Assembly: GCA_964016885.1 (NCBI GenBank)
Contig: OZ024740.1
Location: 440,262,001-440,326,000, forward strand
Direction of reading: 5' to 3'
DNA length: 64,000 bases
Origin: Eledone cirrhosa
Taxonomy: Eukaryota
Shown: one piece after another, positions 40,601-52,600 of the stretch
Layout of the letters: every line of letters begins with the position of its first letter
Numbering within the stretch: the stretch's first letter is position 1
Made by a program: the position numbers and the translations under genes
The notes under the pieces: generated by a model
Database searches by the model: none
What the model saw: the letters and a program-made list of their open reading frames with translations, nothing else
What the model was told of the DNA's origin: nothing

Positions 40601-43600
40601 TGTATGTGTGGGAGTGTGTGTGGTTGTATGTATGGTTTTGTGTGTGGTTGTGTGTATGGTTGTGTGTGTGTGGTTGTGTGTGTGGTTGTGTGTGTGGTTG
40701 TGTGTGTGGTTGTATGTGTGGTTGTATGTGTGGTTGTGTGTGTTTGTGTGGTTGTGTGTGTGGTTGTGTGCGTGGTTGTTTGTGTGGTTGTATGTGTGGG
40801 AGTGTGTGTGGTTGTGTGTGTGGTTGTGTGTGTGGTTGTGTGTGTTTGTGTGGTTGTGTGTGTGGTTGTATGTATGGTTGTGTGTGTGGTTGTGTGTGTG
40901 GCTGTGTGTGTGGTTGTGTGTGTTTGTGTTGTTGTGTGGGTGGTTGTGTGTATGGTTGTGTGTGTGATTGTGTGTGTGGTTGTGTGTGTGGTTGTATGTG
41001 TGGTTGTGTGTGTGGTTGTGTGTGTGGTTGTGTGTGTGGCTGTGTGTGTGGTTGTGTGTGTGGTTGTGTGTGTGGTTGTGTGTGTGGTTGTGTGTGTGGT
41101 TGTATGTATGGTTGTGTGTTTGGTTGTGTGTGTGGTTGTGTGTGTGGTTGTATGTGTGGTTGTGTGTGTGGTTGTGTGTGTGGTTGTATGTGTGGTTGTG
41201 TGTGTGGTTGTGTGTGTGGTTGTATGTATGGTTGTATGTGTGTTTGTGTGTGTTTGTGTGGTTGTGTGTGTGGTTGTGTGTGTGGTTGTGTGTGTGGTTG
41301 AGTGTGTGGCTGTGTGTGTGGTTGTGTGTGTGGTTGTGTGTGTGGTTGTGTGTGTGGTTGTGTGTGTGGTTGTATATATGGTTGTGTGTTTGGTTGTGTG
41401 TGTGGTTGTGTGTGTGGTTGTATGTATGGTTGTGTGTGTGGTTGTGTGTGTGGTTGTGTGTGTGGTTGTGTGTGTGGTTGTATGTGTGGTTGTGTGTGTG
41501 GTTGTGTGTGTGGTTGTATGTATGGTTGTATGTGTGTTTGTGTGTGTTTGTGTGGTTGTGTGTGTGGTTGTGTGTATGGTTGTGTGTGTGGTTGTGTGTG
41601 TGGTTGTGTGTGTGGTTGTATGTGTGGTTGTGTGTGTGGTTGTGTGGGTGGGTGTATGTATGGTTGTATGTGTGTTTGTGTGTGTTTGTGTGGTTGTGTG
41701 TGTGGTTGTGTGTGTGGTTGTATGTATGGTTGTATGTGTGTTTGTGTGTGTTTGTGTGGTTGTGTGTGTGGTTGTGTGTGTGGTTGTATGTGTGGTTGTA
41801 TGTATGGTTGTGTGTGTGGTTGTGTGTGTGGTTGTGTGTGGTTGTGTGTGTGGTTGTATATGTGGTTGTGTGTGTGGTTGTGTGTGTGGTTGTATGTGTG
41901 ATTGTGTGTGTTTGTGTGGTTGTGTGTGTGGTTCTGTGTGTGTTTGTATGTATGGTTGTGTGTGTGGTTGTGTGTGTGGTTGTGTGTGTGGTTGTATGTG
42001 TGGCTGTGTGTGTTTGTGTGGTTGTGTGTGTGGTTGTGTTTGTGGTTGTGTGTGTGGTTGTGTGTGTGGTTGTGTGTGTGGCTGTGTGTGTGGTTGTGTG
42101 TGTGGTTGTGTGTGTGGTTGTGTGTGTTTGTGTGGTTGTGTGTGTGGTTGTATGTATGGTTGTGTGTGTGGTTGTGTGTGTGGTTGTGTGTGTGGTTGTG
42201 TGTGTTTGTGTGGTTGTGTGTGTGGTTGTGTGTATGGTTGTGTGTGTGGTTGTGTGTGTGGTTGTGTGTGTGGTTGTGTGTGTGGTTGTATGTGTGGTTG
42301 TGTGTGTGGTTGTGTGTGTGGTTGTGTGTGTGGTTGTGTGTGTGGTTGTGTGTGTGGTTGTGTGTGTGGTTGTATGTGTGGGAGTGTGTGTGGTTGTATG
42401 TATGGTTGTGTGTGTGGTTGTGTGTATGGTTGTGTGTGTGTGGTTGTGGGTGTGGTTGTGTGTGTGGTTGTGTGTGTGGTTGTATGTGTGGTTGTGTGTG
42501 TGGTTGTGTGTGTTTGTGTGGTTGTGTGTGTGGTTGTGTGCGTGGTTGTGTGTGTGGTTGTGTGTGTGGTTGTGTGCGTGGTTGTGTGTGTGGTTGTATG
42601 TGGGGGAGTGTGTGTGGTTGTGTGTGTGGTTGTATGTATGGTTGTGTGTGTGGTTGTGTGTGTGGTTGTGTGTGTGGTTGTGTGTGTTTGTGTGGTTGTG
42701 TGTGTGGTTGTATGTATGGTTGTGTGTGTGGTTGTGTGTGTGGTTGTGTGTGTGGTTGTGTGTGTTTGTGTTGTTGTGTGTGTGGTTGTGTGTATGGTTG
42801 TGTGTGTGGTTGTGTGTGTGGTTGTGTGTGTGGTTGTATGTGTGGTTGTGTGTGTGGTTGTGTGTGTGGTTGTGTGTGTGGTTGTGTGTGTGGTTGTGTG
42901 TGTGGTTGTGTGTGTGGTTGTGTGTGTGGTTGTGTGTGTGGTTGTGTGTGTGGTTGTATGTATGGTTGTGTGTTTGGTTGTGTGTGTGGTTGTGTGTGTG
43001 GTTGTATGTGTGGTTGTGTGTTTGGTTGTGTGTGTGGTTGTATGTATGGTTGTATGTGTGTTTGTGTGTGTTTGTGTGGTTGTGTGTGTGGTTGTGTGTA
43101 TGGTTGTGTGTGTGGTTGTGTGTGTGGTTGTGTGTGTTGTTGTGTGTGTGGTTGTGTGTGTGGTTGTATGTGTGGTTGTGTGTTTGGTTGTGTGTGTGGT
43201 TGTGTGTGTGGTTGTATGTGTGGTTATGTGTGTGGTTGTGTGTGTGGTTGTATGTGTGGTTGTATGTATAGTTGTGTGTGGTTGTGTGTGTGGTTGTGTG
43301 TGTGGTTGTGTGTGTGGTTGTGTGTGTGGTTGTGTGTGTGGTTGTATGTATGGTTGTGTGTGTGGTTGTGTGTGTGGTTGTGTGTGTGGTTGTGTGTGTG
43401 GTTGTGTGTGTGGTTGTATGTATGGTTGTGTGTGTGGTTGTGTGTGTGGTTGTGTGTGTGGTTGTATGTGTGGCTGTGTGTGTTTGTGTGGTTGTGTGTG
43501 TGGTTGCGTGTGTGGTTGTATGTGTGGTTGTGTGTGTGGTTGTGTGTGTGGTTGTGTGTGTGGTTGTGTGTGTGGTTGTGTGTGTGGTTGTGTGTGTGGT

Positions 43601-46600
43601 TGTGTGTGTGGTTGTGTGTGTGGTTGTATGTGTGGTTGTGTGTGTGTGTGGTTGTGTGTGTGGTTGTGCGTGTGGTTGTGTTTGTGGTTGTCTGTGTGGT
43701 TGTGTGTGTGGTTGTGTGTGTGGCTGTGTGTGTGGTTGTGTGTGTGGTTGTGTGTGTGGTTGTGTGTGTTTGTGTGGTTGTGTGTGTTGTTGTGTTTGTG
43801 GTTGTCTGTGTGGTTCTGTGTGTGGTTGTGTGTGTGGCTGTGTGTGTGGTTGTGTGTGTGGTTGTGTATGTGGTTGTGTGTGTTTGTGTGGTTGTGTGTG
43901 TGGTTGTATGTATGGTTGTTTGTGTGGTTGTGTGTGTGATTGTGTGTGTGGTTGTGTGTGTTTGTGTGGTTGTGTGTGTGGTTGTGTGTATGGTTGTGTG
44001 TGTGGTTGTGTGTGTGGTTGTGTGTGTGGTTGTGTGTGTGGTTGTGTGTATGGTTGTGTGTGTGGTTGTGTGTGTGGTTGTGTGTGTGGTTGTGTGTGTG
44101 GTTGTGTGTGTGGTTGCGTGTGTGGTTGTATGTGTGGTTGTGTGTGTGGTTGTGTGTGTGGGTGTATGTATGGTTGTATGTGTGTTTGTGTGTGTTTGTG
44201 TGGTTGTGTGTGTGGTTGTGTGTGTGGTTGTATGTATGGTTGTATGTGTGTTTTTGTGTGTTTGTGTGGTTGTGTGTGTGGTTGTGTGTGTGGTTGAATG
44301 TGTGGTTGTATGTATGGTTGTGTGTGTGGTTGTGTGTGTGGTTGTGTGTGGTTGTGTGTGTGGTTGTATATGTGGTTGTGTGTGTGGTTGTGTGTGTGGT
44401 TGTATGTGTGGTTGTGTTTGTTTGTGTGGTTGTGTGTATGGTTGTGTGTGTGTTTGTATGTATGGTTGTGTGTGTGGTTGTGTGTGTGGTTGTGTGTGTG
44501 GTTGTATGTGTGGCTGTGTGTGTTTGTGTGGTTGTGTGTGTGGTTGTGTTTGTGGTTGTGTGTGTGGTTGTGTGTGTGGTTGTGTGTGTGGCTGTGTGTG
44601 TGGTTGTGTGTGTGGTTGTGTGTGTGGTTGTGTGTGTTTGTGTGGTTGTGTGTGTGGTTGTATGTATGGTTGTGTGTGTGGTTGTGTGTGTGGTTGTGTG
44701 TGTGGTTGTGTGTGTTTGTGTGGTTGTGTGTGTTGTTGTGTGTATGGTTGTGTGTGTGGTTGTGTGTGTGGTTGTGTGTGTGGTTGTGTGTGTGGTTGTA
44801 TGTGTGGTTGTGTGTGTGGTTGTGTGTGTGGTTGTGTGTGTGGTTGTGTGTGTGGTTGTGTGTGTGGTTGTGTGTGTGGTTGTGTGTGTGGTTGTATGTG
44901 TGGTTGTGTGTGTTTGTGTGGTTGTGTGTGTGGTTGTGTGCGTGGTTGTGTGTGTGGTTGTATGTGTGGGAGTGTGTGTGGTTGTGTGTGTGGTTGTATG
45001 TATGGTTGTCTGTGTGGTTGTGTGTGTGGTTGTGTGTGTGGTTGTGTGTGTTTGTGTGGTTGTGTGTGTGGTTGTATGTATGGTTGTGTGTGTGGTCGTG
45101 TGTGTGGTTGTGTGTGTGGTTGTGTGTGTTTGTGTTGTTGTGTGTGTGGTTGTGTGTATGGTTGTGTGTGTGGTTGTGTGTGTGGTTGTGTGTGTGGTTG
45201 TGTGTGTGGTTGTGTGTGTGGTTGTGTGTGTGGTTGTGTGTGTGGTTGTGTGTGTGGTTGTGTGTGTGGTTGTGTGTGTGGTTGTGTGTGTGGTTGTATG
45301 GATGGTTGTGTGTTTGGTTGTGTGTGTGGTTGTGTGTGTGGTTGTATGTGTGGTTGTGTGTTTGGTTGTGTGTGTGGTTGTGTGTGTGGTTGTATGTGTG
45401 GTTGTGTGTGTGGTTGTGTGTGTGGTTGTATGTGTGGTTATGTGTGTGGTTGTGTGTGTGGTTGTATGTATGGTTGTATGTGTGTTTGTGTGTGTTTGTG
45501 TGGTTGTGTGTGTGGTTGTGTGTGTGGTTGTATGTGTGGTTGTATGTATGGTTGTGTGTGTGGTTGTGTGTGTGGTTGTGTGTGGTTTTGTGTGTGGTTG
45601 TATATGTGGTTGTGTGTGTGGTTGTGTGTGTGCTTGTATGTGTGGTTGTGTGTGTTTGTGTGGTTGTGTGTGTGGTTGTGTGTGTAGTTGTATGTATGGT
45701 TGTGTGTGTGGTTGTGTGTGTGGTTGTGTGTGTGGTTGTATGTGTGGCTGTATGTATTTGTGTGGTTGTGTGTGTGGTTGTGTTTGTCGTTGTGTGTGTG
45801 GTTGTGTGTGTGGTTGTGTGTGTGGCTGTGTGTGTGGTTGTGTGTGTGGTTGTGTGTGTGGTTGTGTGTGTTTGTGTGGTTGTGTGTGTGGTTGTATGTA
45901 TGGTTGTGTGTGTGGTTGTGTGTGTGGTTGTGTGTGTGGTTGTGTGTGTTTGTGTGGTTGTGTGTGTGGTTGTGTGTATGGTTGTGTGTGTGGTTGTGTG
46001 TGTGGTTGTGTGTGTGGTTGTGTGTGTGGTTGTATGTGTGGTTGTGTGTGTGGTTGTGTGTGTGGTTGTATGTGTGGTTGTGTGTGTGGTTGTGTGTGTG
46101 GTTGTGTGTGTGGTTGTATGTGTGGGAGTGTGTGTGGTTGTATGTATGGTTTTGTGTGTGGTTGTGTGTATGGTTGTGTGTGTGTGGTTGTGTGTGTGGT
46201 TGTGTGTGTGGTTGTGTGTGTGGTTGTATGTGTGGTTGTATGTGTGGTTGTGTGTGTTTGTGTGGTTGTGTGTGTGGTTGTGTGCGTGGTTGTTTGTGTG
46301 GTTGTATGTGTGGGAGTGTGTGTGGTTGTGTGTGTGGTTGTGTGTGTGGTTGTGTGTGTTTGTGTGGTTGTGTGTGTGTTTGTATGTATGGTTGTGTGTG
46401 TGGTTGTGTGTGTGGCTGTGTGTGTGGTTGTGTGTGTTTGTGTTGTTGTGTGGGTGGTTGTGTGTATGGTTGTGTGTGTGATTGTGTGTGTGGTTGTGTG
46501 TGTGGTTGTATGTGTGGTTGTGTGTGTGGTTGTGTGTGTGGTTGTGTGTGTGGCTGTGTGTGTGGTTGTGTGTGTGGTTGTGTGTGTGGTTGTGTGTGTG

Positions 46601-49600
46601 GTTGTGTGTGTGGTTGTATGTATGGTTGTGTGTTTGGTTGTGTGTGTGGTTGTGTGTGTGGTTGTATGTGTGGTTGTGTGTGTGGTTGTGTGTGTGGTTG
46701 TATGTGTGGTTGTGTGTGTGGTTGTGTGTGTGGTTGTATGTATGGTTGTATGTGTGTTTGTGTGTGTTTGTGTGGTTGTGTGTGTGGTTGTGTGTGTGGT
46801 TGTGTGTGTGGTTGAGTGTGTGGCTGTGTGTGTGGTTGTGTGTGTGGTTGTGTGTGTGGTTGTGTGTGTGGTTGTGTGTGTGGTTGTATGTATGGTTGTG
46901 TGTTTGGTTGTGTGTGTGGTTGTGTGTGTGGTTGTATGTATGGTTGTGTGTGTGGTTGTGTGTGTGGTTGTGTGTGTGGTTGTGTGTGTGGTTGTATGTG
47001 TGGTTGTGTGTGTGGTTGTGTGTGTGGTTGTATGTATGGTTGTATGTGTGTTTGTGTGTGTTTGTGTGGTTGTGTGTGTGGTTGTGTGTATGGTTGTGTG
47101 TGTGGTTGTGTGTGTGGTTGTGTGTGTGGTTGTATGTGTGGTTGTGTGTGTGGTTGTGTGTGTGGGTGTATGTATGGTTGTATGTGTGTTTGTGTGTGTT
47201 TGTGTGGTTGTGTGTGTGGTTGTGTGTGTGGTTGTATGTATGGTTGTATGTGTGTTTGTGTGTGTTTGTGTGGTTGTGTGTGTGGTTGTGTGTGTGGTTG
47301 TATGTGTGGTTGTATGTATGGTTGTGTGTGTGGTTGTGTGTGTGGTTGTGTGTGGTTGTGTGTGTGGTTGTATATGTGGTTGTGTGTGTGGTTGTGTGTG
47401 TGGTTGTATGTGTGGTTGTGTGTGTTTGTGTGGTTGTGTGTGTGGTTCTGTGTGTGTTTGTATGTATGGTTGTGTGTGTGGTTGTGTGTGTGGTTGTGTG
47501 TGTGGTTGTATGTGTGGTTGTGTGTGTTTGTGTGGTTGTGTGTGTGGTTGTGTTTGTGGTTGTGTGTGTGGTTGTGTGTGTGGTTGTGTGTGTGGCTGTG
47601 TGTGTGGTTGTGTGTGTGGTTGTGTGTGTGGTTGTGTGTGTTTGTGTGGTTGTGTGTGTGGTTGTATGTATGGTTGTGTGTGTGGTTGTGTGTGTGGTTG
47701 TGTGTGTGGTTGTGTGTGTTTGTGTGGTTGTGTGTGTGGTTGTGTGTATGGTTGTGTGTGTGGTTGTGTGTGTGGTTGTGTGTGTGGTTGTGTGTGTGGT
47801 TGTATGTGTGGTTGTGTGTGTGGTTGTGTGTGTGGTTGTGTGTGTGGTTGTGTGTGTGGTTGTGTGTGTGGTTGTGTGTGTGGTTGTATGTGTGGGAGTG
47901 TGTGTGGTTGTATGTATGGTTGTGTGTGTGGTTGTGTGTATGGTTGTGTGTGTGTGGTTGTGGGTGTGGTTGTGTGTGTGGTTGTGTGTGTGGTTTTATG
48001 TGTGGTTGTGTGTGTGGTTGTGTGTGTTTGTGTGGTTGTGTGTGTGGTTGTGTGCGTGGTTGAGTGTGTGGTTGTGTGTGTGGTTGTGTGCGTGGTTGTG
48101 TGTGTGGTTGTATGTGGGGGAGTGTGTGTGGTTGTGTGTGTGGTTGTATGTATGGTTGTGTGTGTGGTTGTGTGTGTGGTTGTGTGTGTGGTTGTGTGTG
48201 TTTGTGTGGTTGTGTGTGTGGTTGTATGTATGGTTGTGTGTGTGGTTGTGTGTGTGGTTGTGTGTGTGGTTGTGTGTGTTTGTGTTGTTGTGTGTGTGGT
48301 TGTGTGTATGGTTGTGTGTGTGGTTGTGTGTGTGGTTGTGTGTGTGGTTGTATGTGTGGTTGTGTGTGTGGTTGTGTGTGTGGTTGTGTGTGTGGTTGTG
48401 TGTGTGGTTGTGTGTGTGGTTGTGTGTGTGGTTGTGTGTGTGGTTGTGTGTGTGGTTGTGTGTGTGGTTGTATGTATGGTTGTGTGTTTGGTTGTGTGTG
48501 TGGTTGTGTGTGTGGTTGTATGTGTGGTTGTGTGTTTGGTTGTGTGTGTGGTTGTATGTATGGTTGTATGTGTGTTTGTGTGTGTTTGTGTGGTTGTGTG
48601 TGTGGTTGTGTGTGTGGTTGTATGTGTGGTTGTATGTATGGTTGTGTGTGTGGTTGTGTGTGTGGTTGTGTGTGGTTGTGTGTGTGGTTGTATATGTGGT
48701 TGTGTGTGTGGTTGTGTGTGTGGTTGTATGTGTGGTTGTGTGTGTTTGTGTGGTTGTGTGTGTGGTTGTGTGTGTAGTTGTATGTATGGTTGTGTGTGTG
48801 GTTGTGTGTGTGGTTGTGTGTGTGGTTGTATGTGTGGTTGTGTGTGTTTGTGTGGTTGTGTGTGTGGTTGTGTTTGTGGTTGTGTGTGTGGTTGTGTGTG
48901 TGGTTGTGTGTGTGGCTGTGTGTGTGGTTGTGTGTGTGGTTGTGTGTGTGGTTGTGTGTGTTTGTGTGGTTGTGTGTGTGGTTGTATGTATGGTTGTGTG
49001 TGTGGTTGTGTGTGTGGTTGTGTGCGTGGTTGTGTGTTTGTGTGGTTGTGTGTGTGGTTGTGTGTGTGGGTGTATGTATGGTTGTATGTGTGTTTGTGTG
49101 TGTTTGTGTGGTTGTGTGTGTGGTTGTGTGTGTGGTTGTATGTATGGTTGTATGTGTGTTTGTGTGTGTTTGTGTGGTTGTGTGTGTGGTTGTGTGTGTG
49201 GTTGTATGTGTGGTTGTATGTATGGTTGTGTGTGTGGTTGTGTGTGTGGTTGTGTGTGGTTGTGTGTGTGGTTGTATATGTGGTTGTGTGTGTGTTTGCA
49301 TGTTTGGTTGTATGTGTGGTTGTGTGTGTTTGTGTGGTTGTGTGTGTGGTTGTGTGTGTGGTTGTATGTATGGTTGTGTGTGTGGTTGTGTGTGTGGTTG
49401 TGTGTGTGGTTGTATGTATGGTTGTGTGTGTGGTTGTATGTGTGGCTGTGTGTGTATGTGTGGTTGTGTGTGTGGTTGTGTTTGTGGTTGTGTCTGTGGT
49501 TGTGTGTGTGGTTGTGTGTGTGGCTTTGTGTGTGGTTGTGTGTGTGGTTGTGTGTGTGGTTATGTGTGTTTGTGTGGTTGTGTGTGTGGTTGTATGTATG

Positions 49601-52600
49601 GTTTTGTGTGTGGTTGTGTGTGTGGTTGTGTGTGTGGTTGTGTGTGTGGTTGTATGTATGGTTGTGTGTGTGGTTGTGTGTGTGGTTGTGTGTGTGGTTG
49701 TGTGTGTGGTTGTGTGTGTGGTTGTGTGTTTGGTTGTGTGTGTGGTTGTGTGTGTGGTTGTATGTGTGGTTGTGTGTGTGGTTGTGTGTGTGGTTGTATG
49801 TGTGGTTGTGTGTGTGGTTGTGTGTGTGGTTGTATGTATGGTTGTGTGTGTTTGTGTGGTTGTGTGTGTGGTTGTGTGTGTGGTTGTGTGTGTGGTTGTG
49901 TGTGTGGTTGTGTGTGTTTTTGTGTGTGTGGTTGTGTGTATGGTTGTATGTGTGGTTGTGTGTTTGGTTGTGTGTGTGGTTGTGTGTGTGGTCGTATGTG
50001 TGGTTGTGTGTGTGGTTGTGTGTGTGGTTGTATGTATGGTTGTATGTGTGTTTGTGTGTGTTTGTGTGGTTGTGTGTGTGGTTGTGTGTGTGGTTGTATG
50101 TGTGGTTGTGTGTGTGGTTGTGTGTGTGGTTGTATGTGTGGTTGTGTGTGTGGTTGTGTGTGTGGTTGTATGTGTGGTTGTATGTGTGTTTGTGTGTGTT
50201 TGTGTGGTTGTGTGTGTGGCTGTGTGTGTGGTTGTATGTGTGGTTGTATGTATGGTTGTGTGTGTGTGGTTGTGTGTGTGGTTGTGTGTGGTTGTGTGTG
50301 TGGTTGTATGTGTGGTTGTGTGTGTGGTTGTGTGTGTGGTTGTATGTGTGGTTGTGTGTGTTTGTGTGGTTGTGTGTGTGGTTGTGTGTGTGGTTGTATG
50401 TATGGTTGTGTGTGTGATTGTGTGTGTGGTTGTGTGTGTGGTTGTATGTGTGGTTGTGTGTGTGGTTGTGTGTGTGGTTGTATGTGTGGTTGTGTGTGTG
50501 GTTGTGTGTGTGGTTGTGTGTGTGGTTGTATGTGTGGGAGTGTGTGTGGTTGTATGTATGGTTGTGTGTGTGGTTGTGTGTATGGTTGTGTGTGTGTGGT
50601 TGTGGGTGTGGTTGTATGTGTGGTTGTGTGTGTGGTTGTGTGTGTGGTTGTATGTGTGGTTGTGTGTGTTTGTGTGGTTGTGTGTGTGGTTGTGTGCGTG
50701 GTTGTGTGTGTGGTTGTATGTGGGGGAGTGTGTGTGGTTGTGTGTGTGGTTGTATGTATGGTTGTGTGTGTGGTTGTGTGTGTGGTTGTGTGTGTGGTTG
50801 TGTGTGTAGTTGTATGTATGGTTGTGTGTGTGGTTGTGTGTGTGGTTGTGTGTGTGGTTGTATGTGTGGCTGTGTGTGTTTGTGTGGTTGTGTGTGTGGT
50901 TGTGTTTGTGGTTGTGTGTGTGGTTGTGTGTGTGGTTGTGTGTGTGGCTGTGTGTGTGGTTGTGTGTGTGGTTGTGTGTGTGGTTGTGTGTGTTTGTGTG
51001 GTTGTGTGTGTGGTTGTATGTATGGTTGTGTGTGTGGTTGTGTGTGTGGTTGTGTGCGTGGTTGTGTGTTTGTGTGGTTGTGTGTGTGGTTGTGTGTATG
51101 GTTGTGTGTGTGGTTGTGTGTGTGGTTGTGTGTGTGTGGTTGTGTGTGTGGTTGTGTGTGTGTGGTTGTGTGTGTGGTTGTGTGTATGGTTGTGTGTGTG
51201 GTTGTGTGTGTGGTTGTGTGTGTGGTTGTGTGTGTGGTTGTGTGTGTGGTTGTGTGTGCGGTTGTATGTGTGGTTGTGTGTGTGGTTGTGTGTGTGGGTG
51301 TATGTATGGTTGTATGTGTGTTTGTGTGTGTTTGTGTGGTTGTGTGTGTGGTTTGGTGTGTGGTTGTATGTATGGTTGTATGTGTGTTTGTGTGTGTTTG
51401 TGTGGTTGTGTGTGTGGTTGTGTGTGTGGTTGTATGTGTGGTTGTATGTATGGTTGTGTGTGTGGTTGTGTGTGTGGTTGTGTGTGGTTGTGTGTGTGGT
51501 TGTATATGTGGTTGTGTGTGTGGTTGCGTGTGTGGTTGTATGTGTGGTTGTGTGTGTTTGTGTGGTTGTGTGTGTGGTTGTGTGTGTGGTTGTATGTATG
51601 GTTGTGTGTGTGGTTGTGTGTGTGGTTGTGTGTGTGGTTGTATGTATGGTTGTGTGTGTGGTTGTATGTGTGGCTGTGTGTGTATGTGTGGTTGTGTGTG
51701 TGGTTGTGTTTGTGGTTGTGTCTGTGGTTGTGTGTGTGGTTGTGTGTGTGGCTTTGTGTGTGGTTGTGTGTGTGGTTGTGTGTGTGGTTGTGTGTGTTTG
51801 TGTGGTTGTGTGTGTGGTTGTATGTATGGTTGTGTGTGTGGTTGTATGTGTGGTTGTGTGTGTGGTTGTGTGTGTGGTTGTATGTATGGTTGTGTGTGTG
51901 GTTGTGTGTGTGGTTGTGTGTGTGGTTGTGTGTGTGGTTGTGTGTGTGGTTGTGTGTGTGGTTGTATGTATGGTTGTGTGTTTGGTTGTGTGTGTGGTTG
52001 TGTGTGTGGTTGTATGTGTGGTTGTGTGTGTGGTTGTGTGTGTGGTTGTATGTGTGGTTGTGTGTGTGATTGTGTGTGTGGTTGTATGTATGGTTGTATG
52101 TGTGTTTGTGTGTGTTTGTGTGGTTGTGTGTGTGGTTGTGTGTGTGGTTGTGTGTGTGGTTGTGTGTGTGGTTGTGTGTGTTGTTGTGTGTGTAGTTGTG
52201 TGTATGGTTGTATGTGTGGTTGTGTGTTTGGTTGTGTGTGTGGTTGTGTGTGTGGTCGTATGGGTGGTTGTGTGTGTGGTTGTGTGTGTGGTTGTATGTA
52301 TGGTTGTATGTGTGTTTGTGTGTGTTTGTGTGGTTGTGTGTGTGGTTGTGTGTGTGGTTGTATGTGTGGTTGTGTGTGTGGTTGTGTGTGTGGTTGTATG
52401 TGTGGTTGTGTGTGTGGTTGTGTGTGTGGTTGTATGTATGGTTGTATGTGTGTTTGTGTGTGTTTGTGTGGTTGTGTGTGTGGTTGTGTGTGTGGTTGTA
52501 TGTGTGGTTGTGTGTGTGGTTGTGTGTGTGGTTGTGTGTGTGGCTGTGTGTGTGGTTGTGTGTGTGGTTGTGTGTGTGGTTGTGTGTGTGGTTGTATGTA

